Of a stretch of DNA of 64,000 nucleotides, positions 1-8,468 are shown piece after piece (the stretch's first letter is position 1; every line of letters begins with the position of its first letter). The notes beneath the pieces are model-generated. The model made no database searches. It was not told the origin of the DNA and saw nothing but the letters and a program-made list of their open reading frames with translations. Origin of the DNA: Clostridia bacterium (lineage in GTDB: Bacteria > Bacillota > Clostridia > Oscillospirales > CAG-272); NCBI GenBank assembly GCA_017451915.1, contig JAFTNJ010000031.1, positions 14,656 through 78,655 of the forward strand, written 5' to 3'. A program made the position numbers and the translations under genes.

Positions 1-395
1 ATCTGGAGATCCCCACTCACTACTACATGGATGGCGGCAAGACCGGTTCCTACACCGAGCTCTTCCGCAACCTGACCTATACCTTTGAGGTTGCCGAGAC
101 CGGTTGGTACGATATCTGCATTGATATGCGTATGAAGGCCGAGGGCACCAAGGAGACCAACTCCCGTAGCGCAATGATGATGATCGACTGGATGGGCGGC
201 GCGGATGCGTACTACCTGCACTTTGATATCGAGGGCGCAGGTGCTGTTAAGAACGCATCGGCAGGCTCTTATATGACCGGACTTTCGGTATACCTGGAGG
301 CCGGCGAGCACACCATTACCTTTGCGTGTGATTCCCGCATGGGCGGTAACTTCCACCTGCGTAACATCTACCTGGCAAAGGTTGTTGAGGAATAA
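1..395 (+). CDS. 3' end of a large secreted protein whose 5' end lies outside the window. The C-terminal ~120 aa form a CBM-like domain paralogous to the C-terminus of 979..4518.
   Basis: The frame is open from nt 3 with no upstream stop. It shares motifs with the 979..4518 C-terminus (F.V.E.GWYD, YL..G..T.T, H.R.IY..K). A terminator follows. Confidence 0.7.
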   Translation, partial: LEIPTHYYMDGGKTGSYTELFRNLTYTFEVAETGWYDICIDMRMKAEGTKETNSRSAMMMIDWMGGADAYYLHFDIEGAGAVKNASAGSYMTGLSVYLEAGEHTITFACDSRMGGNFHLRNIYLAKVVEE

Positions 396-406
396 AACAA
401 ATTTTT

Positions 407-438
407 GGGCGGTGTCCTTGGGGCACCGCCCTTTTTTG
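407..438 (+). terminator. Rho-independent terminator
   Basis: GGGCGGTGTCC/GGGCACCGCCC hairpin followed by a T6 run. Confidence 0.8.
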
Positions 439-789
439 TCCCTCGGTGTCGCTTTGCCCAAAAAAAAGGTTTGTTTTTGTGCATTGTTCACAAAACGAAA
501 CTCTTGTTTTTGATGAGGGTGTCAAAATAAAACAAATTAGGTTTATTTTGTGATACTTTGGTGTTGAAATTTGATAGTTATTTATTGGGATTTTGTATAT
601 AATATTGATATCTAACGGTTGCGATTTTTGGCGCGTTTTTGCACGTTTTTTGTTCCCCCCAAGCTTTTTTGGATAGGACCTGCGAGATTGTTGGGCTCGA
701 AGGTAGATGCAAAAGAGCAAAACGGAAAACGGGCAGAGCGGCAGGATCAAAACCGCTTGGAAAGCCAAGTAAGAAAGGAGTTGTAGTGC

Positions 790-936
790 TTGAGAAAAAC
801 TTACGAAGCACCCCTTTGCCAGCGGATCGAGGTATCCGAGGAAGACATTTTGACGGAATCCGACGGTTTTATCGGATTTGACAAAAACGACGATACCCCC
901 GGCAACTTTGAGGGTGGCGGGGTCATTCACTGGTAA
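790..936 (+). CDS. Unannotated small ORF of 48 aa with a TTG start: MRKTYEAPLCQRIEVSEEDILTESDGFIGFDKNDDTPGNFEGGGVIHW. Possible RiPP (lasso-like) precursor.
   Basis: AAGGAG at 775-780 lies 9 nt upstream of the TTG. There is an in-frame TAG at 784. Third codon positions are G/C-rich as in the real genes here. The ORF ends 43 nt before the GLUG gene and is below the ORF-track size cut-off. Confidence 0.45.
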   Translation: MRKTYEAPLCQRIEVSEEDILTESDGFIGFDKNDDTPGNFEGGGVIHW

Positions 937-978
937 AAAACTCCAAAAAACAAAATTCAGAAAGGAATTTACACAATC

Positions 979-3900
979 ATGAAGAAACTGACAACAATTA
1001 TTCTCCTGTTTGCAATGGTTCTTTCCATGCTGGTACCCGTTGGCGCGGCTGAAGGCGCAAAGCTGGTAATGAGCGGAAACAATATTGCAAACGCACAGAG
1101 CGTCGCAGCTGGCGTGATCGGCACCGTTGGAGCCGTTGGCGCGGGCGCGGATGAGACCCAGTTCGGAACAGCATTGGGAACCGGTGCTTTAAAGTACGAT
1201 TCCTCTAAGGGTCCGGATAAGAAATTCTGGGAAGATATCCGTAAGACCGATGCTACCGAGATCCACATTACCACTGCCGAGCAGTTGTTTGGTTGGGTAA
1301 AGTACAGAGTTGCTGACTATACCGCAAACGGTAAAGATGGTTTGGACACGTTTGAAGGCGTTACCATTTACTTGGATGTTGACGTGGATTTGAACGGCGC
1401 CACCTGGGATGCCATCCACGGCGATATCATCTTCAAGGGTAACTTTAACGGTCAGGGCCACGTGGTTTCCAACTACAAAATGACTGTTGGTAGCTGGAAT
1501 AAGGGCTTCTTTGGTCGTGTTGGTGGAAATGCTACCATTCAAAATCTTTCCCTTATTAACGTGACCTATAATTTTGCTCGTAAAGATAAAAACAACTTGA
1601 ACAATCTTGGTATCCTCGTATCCACGGCTGAGCCTGGTACAGGTAACACTCTTACCATCAAAAACGTATATGTGAACGGTGTTATGACGCTGACCAATGA
1701 TGGCGTAAATAAAGATAATGCCAATCATGGTATCGGCGGTATTATTGGTATTGTAAGCAACGGTACCGTAGTGATGGAGAACTGTAAGTTCGTGGGTACC
1801 ATCTCTGATACAGCCAACACCAAGGGTGCTGTTGCACAGAAAACCGGTGGTTTGATTGGCACTGTATCTAATCCCGCTGTGGTTAATTTGACTAATTGTG
1901 AAGTGGATGCCACTATTAATGCAGGTGGCACGAGAATCGGCGGTTTGATTGGAAATCTGGATACCGAAAAATCCGTGACGATTGCAGATTGTTTGGTTTC
2001 GGGTAATATCCAAAGCAGAATCACGGCTGATAGTGCCTTTGTTGGCGGTCTTATCGGCGATGCTTCTTCGACTAAGTGTTCCCATAATGTAACCAATACT
2101 AAAGTGAAAGCAGAGATTCAAACTGCAGAAAAATCCACCTATGCGGGCGGATTCTTTGGTCAGTTGAGAGCTAAAGATGCAACCATTGATAAATGTACCT
2201 TTGAAGGCACTGTGAGAACTTGGACTCGTTGTGGTGGCTTTAGTGGTTATCTTCAGGGAACCGGTAAGTTCACTATTTCGAACTCTTCCGTTAACGCTGT
2301 ACTTAAAACAGGTCAAGGCCTTGTTGGTGGTATTGCCGGAAACGTAAATAGTAGCTATGCAGACATTGAGATTACTAATTGTTCCGTAGCCGGCGAGATT
2401 CAAGCTCCCACCGACGGTGCAGGCGGCGGCTATGCAGCTGGCGGTATTCTTTGTAGAATCTATAATACCTCCTCCAAGCCGATCGACGTTAAAATTGCTA
2501 ATTGTTCCGTATCTATGGACATTAATGCCGACGCAGAGCCCGGTGGCGGTATCATTGGTATTGTTCGTACTGATGCTTCTGTTATCGTAAATGATTTGAC
2601 TGTTGAAAATTGTGAGTATACCGGTACCTTGAAGTCTAAAAATAAGGCAGCAGGTATGATTGGTACTGTTGGTAATTTGACCGGTGATTTCACTCTTCGT
2701 GGTTGTTCCTTTGAAGGAGTTGTTGATACTACCGGTGCTTATGGCGCAGGTTTGATTGGTCAATTGGATGGCACTGTTGCCGGAGATTTGATTATTGATG
2801 ATTGCTCCGTAGCAGGAACTATTGAATGTAAAGGAAGTGCAGGCGGCTTGATTGGTGCTGTTGTAAAGAAAATTACCGGCACTACCACCGTTGATAACTG
2901 TGAAGTAAGCGCAACAATCATCTCCACCGGCCCTCACAATGGCGGATTCTTTGGTAATGTTGGTGGTTCTACCAACGGCTCCGGCCTTACTACCGTTACC
3001 AATTGCGAATTTACCGGATATATCAAGGGTACCTCTAACACCGGTGCTTTCTATGGCTTTATTTCCGGTTCTTCCAAGAACGATTACGTATTTAAGAACT
3101 GCGTTTCTTCCGGTACTGTGGAAGGACTTCGCGGCTCCGGTGGATTCCTGGGTTACTTCTCTTGTGATAATGTTACTCTGGAGAACATTCAGGTAACGGG
3201 TAATCTGAATCTGAGAGCGGATGATAGTGCAAACGCAGGAAACAATAGCGTTGGTGGCGTGGTTGGCCGCTTTGCAGGTCTCACCCATGCAACCTTGAAG
3301 GACGTTGTATTTAGCGGTACATTGAACGCGACGGTTGCTCCTGTCGGCTCGGCTGCAACCAATGCAGCACACGTTGGTGGCTTGATTGGTTACGTTGCAG
3401 CAGCTTCCTCGGTTGTAGAACTGGAGGATTGTCACGTAAATGCAGCTCTCCACTTTGCAGAGGATGGCAAGTATGCCTTTGTTAACAATCAGGGCATGGC
3501 GATCTTTATTGGCGGTGCAGCTGAGAGTTCTTCTGCAAGAGTAAACGTAATTTACGGTCAGAACGTAAACTACAACCTCAAGGCTCTGTCCAATGCAACC
3601 GGTCACGATGTAAAACTGGTTGGCGATTCCGTTCCCTCCATGGGTAACACCGCGGTTCTGGGCTACCAGATCAAGTGGAACGAGGATGATACCTACGATC
3701 TCCGCTACATCATTGGTATGAAGGACGTTTATGATAGCATCGGCGTTATGGCTGAGATCCGTTACAACTACGGTGAAGGCGTAAACGTTCGCTACGAGAA
3801 TGTTCAGGTTGAGAACGTTTACAAGGAAGTGGCTGACGGCGAATCCAACACCTACCGTGCTGCTGACTTCGCTATGGATTACCTCTACACTCTGACCATC

Positions 3901-4518
3901 ACCAACATTCCCAAGGAATATGCAGTATATGCAGGTGATCTTCAGGTATCCCTCATTCCTTACGGCGTAAGCAATAAGGTTACCGAGTTTGGTGTTACTA
4001 CCGTTCAGGGTGACATGGGCGGCTTTGTTGAGCTGGAAGACTCCGACTTTGGTAAGACCAAGCCCGAGGCTATTGATGATGCACAGATCCACATCTGGGC
4101 AGGCGATTACAACGTTGAAGAAACCGTTAAGCCCGCAACTGCTACCGCAACCGAGGTTTCCGGCGGTAAGAACGTTCGTCACTGGTACACCAACGCCAAC
4201 ACGGTTCTGGTTTACAACTTTACCGTTGAGGAAGAGGGCTGGTACGATGCTTACTTCTATCTGAGACTGAAGAACGAGTCTGTTCGTTCCAACCAGATCG
4301 TAATCAGCAACGGTGACACCACCGACATTTTCACCTTCTTCTACGTTGCCACCAGCACCCACACCGCTCTGAAGGATAGCACCAACGGTACTTACCTCTC
4401 CGAGGCATTTGAGATCTATCTCACTCCCGGTGATTACACCATGACCATCCTTCCCGGTTGGACCGGCGGCTCCAGCTCCGGATCTCTCCACTACAGAGAT
4501 ATCTACTTTGTAAAGTAA
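979..4518 (+). CDS. Giant secreted GLUG-repeat (beta-helix type) protein with a signal peptide and a C-terminal CBM-like domain
   Basis: The N-terminus MKKLTTIILLFAMVLSMLVPVGAAEG is a signal peptide. About 18 repeats are centred on GG[LIF][IF]G (GGLIG, GGIIG, GGFFG), each preceded by a [ND]C.[VF].G motif. No LPXTG or SLH anchor was seen. Confidence 0.8.
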   Translation: MKKLTTIILLFAMVLSMLVPVGAAEGAKLVMSGNNIANAQSVAAGVIGTVGAVGAGADETQFGTALGTGALKYDSSKGPDKKFWEDIRKTDATEIHITTAEQLFGWVKYRVADYTANGKDGLDTFEGVTIYLDVDVDLNGATWDAIHGDIIFKGNFNGQGHVVSNYKMTVGSWNKGFFGRVGGNATIQNLSLINVTYNFARKDKNNLNNLGILVSTAEPGTGNTLTIKNVYVNGVMTLTNDGVNKDNANHGIGGIIGIVSNGTVVMENCKFVGTISDTANTKGAVAQKTGGLIGTVSNPAVVNLTNCEVDATINAGGTRIGGLIGNLDTEKSVTIADCLVSGNIQSRITADSAFVGGLIGDASSTKCSHNVTNTKVKAEIQTAEKSTYAGGFFGQLRAKDATIDKCTFEGTVRTWTRCGGFSGYLQGTGKFTISNSSVNAVLKTGQGLVGGIAGNVNSSYADIEITNCSVAGEIQAPTDGAGGGYAAGGILCRIYNTSSKPIDVKIANCSVSMDINADAEPGGGIIGIVRTDASVIVNDLTVENCEYTGTLKSKNKAAGMIGTVGNLTGDFTLRGCSFEGVVDTTGAYGAGLIGQLDGTVAGDLIIDDCSVAGTIECKGSAGGLIGAVVKKITGTTTVDNCEVSATIISTGPHNGGFFGNVGGSTNGSGLTTVTNCEFTGYIKGTSNTGAFYGFISGSSKNDYVFKNCVSSGTVEGLRGSGGFLGYFSCDNVTLENIQVTGNLNLRADDSANAGNNSVGGVVGRFAGLTHATLKDVVFSGTLNATVAPVGSAATNAAHVGGLIGYVAAASSVVELEDCHVNAALHFAEDGKYAFVNNQGMAIFIGGAAESSSARVNVIYGQNVNYNLKALSNATGHDVKLVGDSVPSMGNTAVLGYQIKWNEDDTYDLRYIIGMKDVYDSIGVMAEIRYNYGEGVNVRYENVQVENVYKEVADGESNTYRAADFAMDYLYTLTITNIPKEYAVYAGDLQVSLIPYGVSNKVTEFGVTTVQGDMGGFVELEDSDFGKTKPEAIDDAQIHIWAGDYNVEETVKPATATATEVSGGKNVRHWYTNANTVLVYNFTVEEEGWYDAYFYLRLKNESVRSNQIVISNGDTTDIFTFFYVATSTHTALKDSTNGTYLSEAFEIYLTPGDYTMTILPGWTGGSSSGSLHYRDIYFVK

Positions 4519-4548
4519 TTAACTCAATTCCATATTGAGAACCCCAAA

Positions 4549-4585
4549 GGGGGCGGCGCGTGGCGCCGCCCCCGATGTTTTTATT
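4549..4585 (+). terminator. Rho-independent terminator
   Basis: GGGGGCGGCGC/GGCGCCGCCCCC hairpin followed by a T-run. Confidence 0.8.
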
Positions 4586-4611
4586 GAAGGGGAAGGGAGG
4601 TACAACAAAGC

Positions 4612-4653
4612 AACCGCCCTCTCTGTGGCGTGCACGGAGAGGGCGGTTTTTCT
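4612..4653 (-). terminator. Terminator of the ABC operon, possibly bidirectional
   Basis: AACCGCCCTCTC/GAGAGGGCGGTT hairpin lying 16 nt past the stop at 4669. Confidence 0.6.
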
Positions 4654-4668
4654 TGCTCTGTGGGGCGT

Positions 4669-6561
4669 TTAGATCTTGCCCTCTTGGAGCTGTTGCTTAT
4701 GGTACTGCAGGGTATAGAGCTGATAATAACGGCCTCTCTGCTGCAGGAGCTCCTGGTGGGTGCCCTGCTCCAGGATCCTTCCGTGGGAGAGGAGGATGAT
4801 ATTATCCGCGTGCTGAATGGTGGAGAGTCGGTGGGCAACCATAAGCATGGTGCCAATGTTCATCATCTTCTCCAGGGAGTCCTGAATGAGGATCTCGGTT
4901 TCGGTATCAATGTTTGCGGTGGCCTCGTCCAGGATCATCACCGAGGGCTTGTGGATGATGGTTCGTGCAAAGGAGAGGAGCTGACGCTGGCCTGCGGAGA
5001 AGTTGTTTCCGCGCTCGCGCACCACCTCGTCCAAGCCGCCGTCCAGCTTATTGATAAAGGAGTCGGCGTTAACGTAGCGGCAGGCCTCCATAATCTCCTT
5101 GTCGGAGATTCCCTCCTCCCGGAGGATGATGTTGGAGCGGATGGTTCCCGAGAAGAGGAACACGTCCTGGAGCATCTGACCAAAGTGGCGGCGCAGGGAA
5201 GAGATCTTGATCTTCTTAATGTCAATTCCGTCAATGAGGATCTGTCCCTTTTGAATATCGTAATTTCGGCAGATCAGGGAGAGGATGGTGGATTTTCCCG
5301 AGCCGGTGGCACCAACAAAGGCAACTGTCTCCTTGGGGGATACGTGGAAGGAAACGTCCTTGAGCACCCATTCGTCGGGGATGTAAGAGAACCACACGTT
5401 CTTGAACTCGATCTCGCCCTGGATCTCATCCAATTCCATCGCGTCGGGCTCGTCCACCACGGCGGGCTCCATATCAAACACGGTAAAGATCTTTTCGGCC
5501 GAGGCAAAGGCAGATTGGAGCCAGTTGAACTGCTCGGCAAGGCTTTGAATGGGGTTAAAGAACTTGGAAATGTACATATAGAAGGTGACCACGGTTCCGC
5601 TGGTGAGCACCTGTCCCATAAACTCGGTGTTCCGGATGTAGCCGCGACCTCCCAGATAGAGCAGGCAGAGCACCGAGGAGATATAGAGCATATACACCAC
5701 GGGGCGGAAGATGCCAAACACAAAGATCTGATCGCGCTTGGCCTTTCCCAGGGCGTTGCACTTCTCGCTAAACTCCTTCATCTTCTGCTCCTCGCGGTTA
5801 AAGATCTGGGTGATCTTAATGCCCGAGAGGTTTTCGGAAAGATAGGTGTTGATGTCGGTGGTGCCGTCCTTGACTTTGCGGTAGGCCTTGCGGGAGAACT
5901 TACGGAAGATGATGGTAAAGAGGATGATGAAGGGAACAAAGCAGAGCACCATCAAGGTGAGCTCGTAGTTCAAGCAGAACATGGCGATCAGAACGCCAAT
6001 GATCACAAAGCAGTTCTTGATCAGGTTGACCAGGATATTGGTGAACATCATGGAGATGGCGTTGGTATCGTTGGTCACACGGGTCACCAGCTTACCTACG
6101 GGGATCTGGTTGAGCTGCTCGTGGGAGAGGGACTCGATGTGGGTAAAGAGATCCAGGCGCATCTGGGATAGGATCTGCTGACCGGTCTTTTGCAGCACGA
6201 TGGCCTGGACGTAGGTGCAGATCAGAGAGAGGATCAGCATCCCCGCGTACACGGCAACGGCAACGTACAGGCGGGAGAGGGGGAAGTCGGACTTCACGGT
6301 CTCCTCGATGTAGCCAACGATCAAGGGGGACACGATATCGTAAGCAATGGAGGCCAGCATGATCACGCCGATAAAGGCGAAGCGCGTCCAGTAGGGCTTG
6401 AGATACTTCAGCAGTCGCCGTACGATCTCGCCGTCCTTCATATTGCGGTCAAAGCCAATGGCTTCCTTTTTGTTTTTCATCATGGCGTAGGCCAGGATAA
6501 AGCAGGTGGAAAGCAGTCCAACAACGGCTCCCACAATGAGCAACGGGTAAAATTCACGCAT
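4669..6561 (-). CDS. ABC exporter half-transporter (TMD-NBD), the subunit carrying the consensus ATPase site
   Basis: Walker A GATGSGKST, Walker B VMILDEATANID and signature FSAGQRQ. I place the start at ATG 6561 (MREFYPLL), which has a GGAGG RBS. It overlaps the upstream gene by 8 nt (ATGCGTGA). Confidence 0.85.
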   Translation of the reverse strand: MREFYPLLIVGAVVGLLSTCFILAYAMMKNKKEAIGFDRNMKDGEIVRRLLKYLKPYWTRFAFIGVIMLASIAYDIVSPLIVGYIEETVKSDFPLSRLYVAVAVYAGMLILSLICTYVQAIVLQKTGQQILSQMRLDLFTHIESLSHEQLNQIPVGKLVTRVTNDTNAISMMFTNILVNLIKNCFVIIGVLIAMFCLNYELTLMVLCFVPFIILFTIIFRKFSRKAYRKVKDGTTDINTYLSENLSGIKITQIFNREEQKMKEFSEKCNALGKAKRDQIFVFGIFRPVVYMLYISSVLCLLYLGGRGYIRNTEFMGQVLTSGTVVTFYMYISKFFNPIQSLAEQFNWLQSAFASAEKIFTVFDMEPAVVDEPDAMELDEIQGEIEFKNVWFSYIPDEWVLKDVSFHVSPKETVAFVGATGSGKSTILSLICRNYDIQKGQILIDGIDIKKIKISSLRRHFGQMLQDVFLFSGTIRSNIILREEGISDKEIMEACRYVNADSFINKLDGGLDEVVRERGNNFSAGQRQLLSFARTIIHKPSVMILDEATANIDTETEILIQDSLEKMMNIGTMLMVAHRLSTIQHADNIILLSHGRILEQGTHQELLQQRGRYYQLYTLQYHKQQLQEGKI

Positions 6562-8335
6562 TGTTATCTTCGCCTCCTTCGTCTTCCAGCTTTTGAAGAT
6601 CGACCATGCGACGGTAATCGAGGCAGGTTTCGTAGAGATGCTCATGAGTACCAACGGCAAGGAGCTTGCCATCGTCGATAAAGAGGATCTTGTCCATGCG
6701 TTCAATGGTAGAAACGCGGTGAGCAATCAGGATGGTGGTGCGTCCCTTGCGGGTGTTGCGGAGGTTTTCCAGGATCACCTTTTCGGTCTTGGTATCTACG
6801 GCCGATACCGAGTCGTCCAGGATCAGAATGGGGGCATCCTTCATCAAGGCGCGGGCAATGGAAATTCGTTGCTTTTGTCCGCCCGAGACGGTCACGCCAC
6901 GCTCGCCCAGCACGGTTTGGTAGCCTTCCTTAAACTCGGCAATGTTTCCGTGGACGTCGGCCAAGCGTGCAGAAGCCTCCACGGCGGCGGGGTCCGTTCT
7001 TCCGGAAAAGGCGATGTTGTTTTCAATGGTATCGCTGAACAAAAAGTTGTCCTGCGGAACGTAGGCCGAGGCCTCACGCACCTGGCGGATGGGAATGGTA
7101 TTGACGTCATATCCGTCAATAAAGATCGTACCGTCGGGAACGTTGTAGGTGCGCAGGATCAGATCCACCAGCGTGGTCTTTCCCGCACCGGTTTTTCCAA
7201 CCAGTCCCACGTTCTCTCCGGCCTCAATGGTAAAGGAGATGTGGGAGAGGGCGTCGTATTCGCCGTCGGGGTAGCGGAAGGTCAGATCGCGGAACTCGAT
7301 TCTCCCCTTCAGCTCGTTTGCGGGACGGACGTCGGGACGGTCAACCACGTCCTGCTCGGCGTCCAGAAGCTCGCTGATACGCTTGAGAGAGGCCTTGCCG
7401 CGGGAGGACATTTCAATGAGCTCCGAAACCGCCATGGCAGGCCAGATTACGGTGTTGAAGTAGCCGATGAACTCCACCAGCTGACCGGCGTTGAAATCGC
7501 CTCGCCAAACCAGGTAGCCGCCGTAGCCCAGGATCACACAAATGACCGATTCCACAAAGAGGGTAACGCAAATACGCATCAGCACCGAGATCTTGGTGTA
7601 GTCCACGTTGGCCTTTTCGTTTTGCTGATTCAGCTTTTTAAAGGCCAAGAGCTCCTTGGTTTCCTTTACAAAGGCTTTGATCACGGCAATGCCCGAGAAA
7701 CTTTCCTGGGAGAAATCCGAGAGATCCGAGAAGGCCGCCTGGCGAACATCCCACTTGCGCATCATGTGTTTTCCCACAACGATGGAGGCCACCAGAAGAC
7801 AGGCGATGGGGATCAGGGAAAGTCCCGTGAGCATGGCGTCCATTTTGAACATTTTAAACAGAGCCATGCCGCCAAGAAAGACGGCGTCGCAGAGCATCAA
7901 AATGCCCGAGCCAAAGCATTCCTGCACGGTATCCAGGTCATTGGTGTACAGAGACATGAGGTTACCAACCTTGTTGACCTGATAATACTGGCGGGAGAGA
8001 TCCTTGCTGTGGTTGAACATTCGGTTCCGCAGATCGGTCTCCACCTTGATGGCCGAGCCGAAAAAGCAGATTCGCCATAGAAAGCGTCCCACTACCAGGA
8101 TCAAGATAATAAAGATCATGGGGCGGCAGATGTGATCCAGAAGAAAATCCATATCAAACACGTACCATTGCCCGTCAGAGAAAACCATGCCGTCATTCAT
8201 CCCGTTGATGACCATTTGATACAGGTTCGGGATGGTGAGCTGGGCGTAGTCCACCAGGATCAACGCAACCAACCCCAAGAACAGTACGCCCGCATAGCGC
8301 AGGTAGTACCGATTCAGGTGTTTTCCAAATAGCAT
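6554..8335 (-). CDS. ABC exporter half-transporter (TMD-NBD), the subunit carrying the degenerate ATPase site
   Basis: Walker A GKTGAGKTT. Walker B is ILILDDSVSAVD, with Asp in place of the catalytic Glu. The signature is VSGGQKQR. An AGGAGGG RBS precedes the start. Confidence 0.85.
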   Translation of the reverse strand: MLFGKHLNRYYLRYAGVLFLGLVALILVDYAQLTIPNLYQMVINGMNDGMVFSDGQWYVFDMDFLLDHICRPMIFIILILVVGRFLWRICFFGSAIKVETDLRNRMFNHSKDLSRQYYQVNKVGNLMSLYTNDLDTVQECFGSGILMLCDAVFLGGMALFKMFKMDAMLTGLSLIPIACLLVASIVVGKHMMRKWDVRQAAFSDLSDFSQESFSGIAVIKAFVKETKELLAFKKLNQQNEKANVDYTKISVLMRICVTLFVESVICVILGYGGYLVWRGDFNAGQLVEFIGYFNTVIWPAMAVSELIEMSSRGKASLKRISELLDAEQDVVDRPDVRPANELKGRIEFRDLTFRYPDGEYDALSHISFTIEAGENVGLVGKTGAGKTTLVDLILRTYNVPDGTIFIDGYDVNTIPIRQVREASAYVPQDNFLFSDTIENNIAFSGRTDPAAVEASARLADVHGNIAEFKEGYQTVLGERGVTVSGGQKQRISIARALMKDAPILILDDSVSAVDTKTEKVILENLRNTRKGRTTILIAHRVSTIERMDKILFIDDGKLLAVGTHEHLYETCLDYRRMVDLQKLEDEGGEDNNA

Positions 8336-8370
8336 TCCTTATCCCTCCTTTGAGAAAACATACAAATATG

Positions 8371-8399
8371 ATTATACCATACTTTGTACGGTATGTCAA
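8371..8399 (-). promoter_or_regulatory. Sigma-A promoter of the ABC operon
   Basis: TTGACA-N17-(TGg)TATAAT. Confidence 0.7.
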
Positions 8400-8419
8400 T
8401 TCCTGTCGATGTTTTTTTC

Positions 8420-8459
8420 AAAGGAAACCGCCTTTTCGAAGAGAACCTCGAAAAGGCGG
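8420..8459 (-). terminator. Terminator after the EEP lipoprotein gene
   Basis: CCGCCTTTTCGA/TCGAAAAGGCGG hairpin followed by a T-rich tract. Confidence 0.7.
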
Positions 8460-8468
8460 TGGATGGAA

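Noticed and set aside
640-780. Possible c-di-GMP (GEMM) or other riboswitch upstream of the surface-protein gene
   Set aside because: GCAAAA/GAGCGG fragments are present, but I could not recover the GEMM-I or GEMM-II consensus helices or conserved GACGCAAAGCC-type boxes by eye. An Infernal scan is needed.
316-930. ORFs of 204 aa (minus strand), 77 aa (578..811, minus strand) and 80 aa (639..881, plus strand) in the spacer between the giant genes
   Set aside because: They cross a terminator and AT-rich promoter-like DNA. Their composition is Arg/Lys-rich or otherwise odd, and they lack an RBS. Only the 48-codon frame at 790..936 has coding-like features.
1189-4491. 1100-aa ORF antisense to the GLUG gene. 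Similar long antisense ORFs occur elsewhere: 4630..6171, 6593..8080, 13964..15730, 16363..17418, 17542..18525, 20272..22923, 26327..28006, 29777..31030, 32358..34430, 35934..38498, 38499..39824, 41933..43189, 43386..44582, 49480..50805, 51994..53496, 54224..55456, 55865..59623 and 59791..63207.
   Set aside because: These are shadow ORFs opposite clearly homologous genes. Their products are low-complexity and rich in G/V/L/H/D/N, with no RBS and no recognisable motifs. The lack of stop codons is expected opposite GC3-rich coding DNA.
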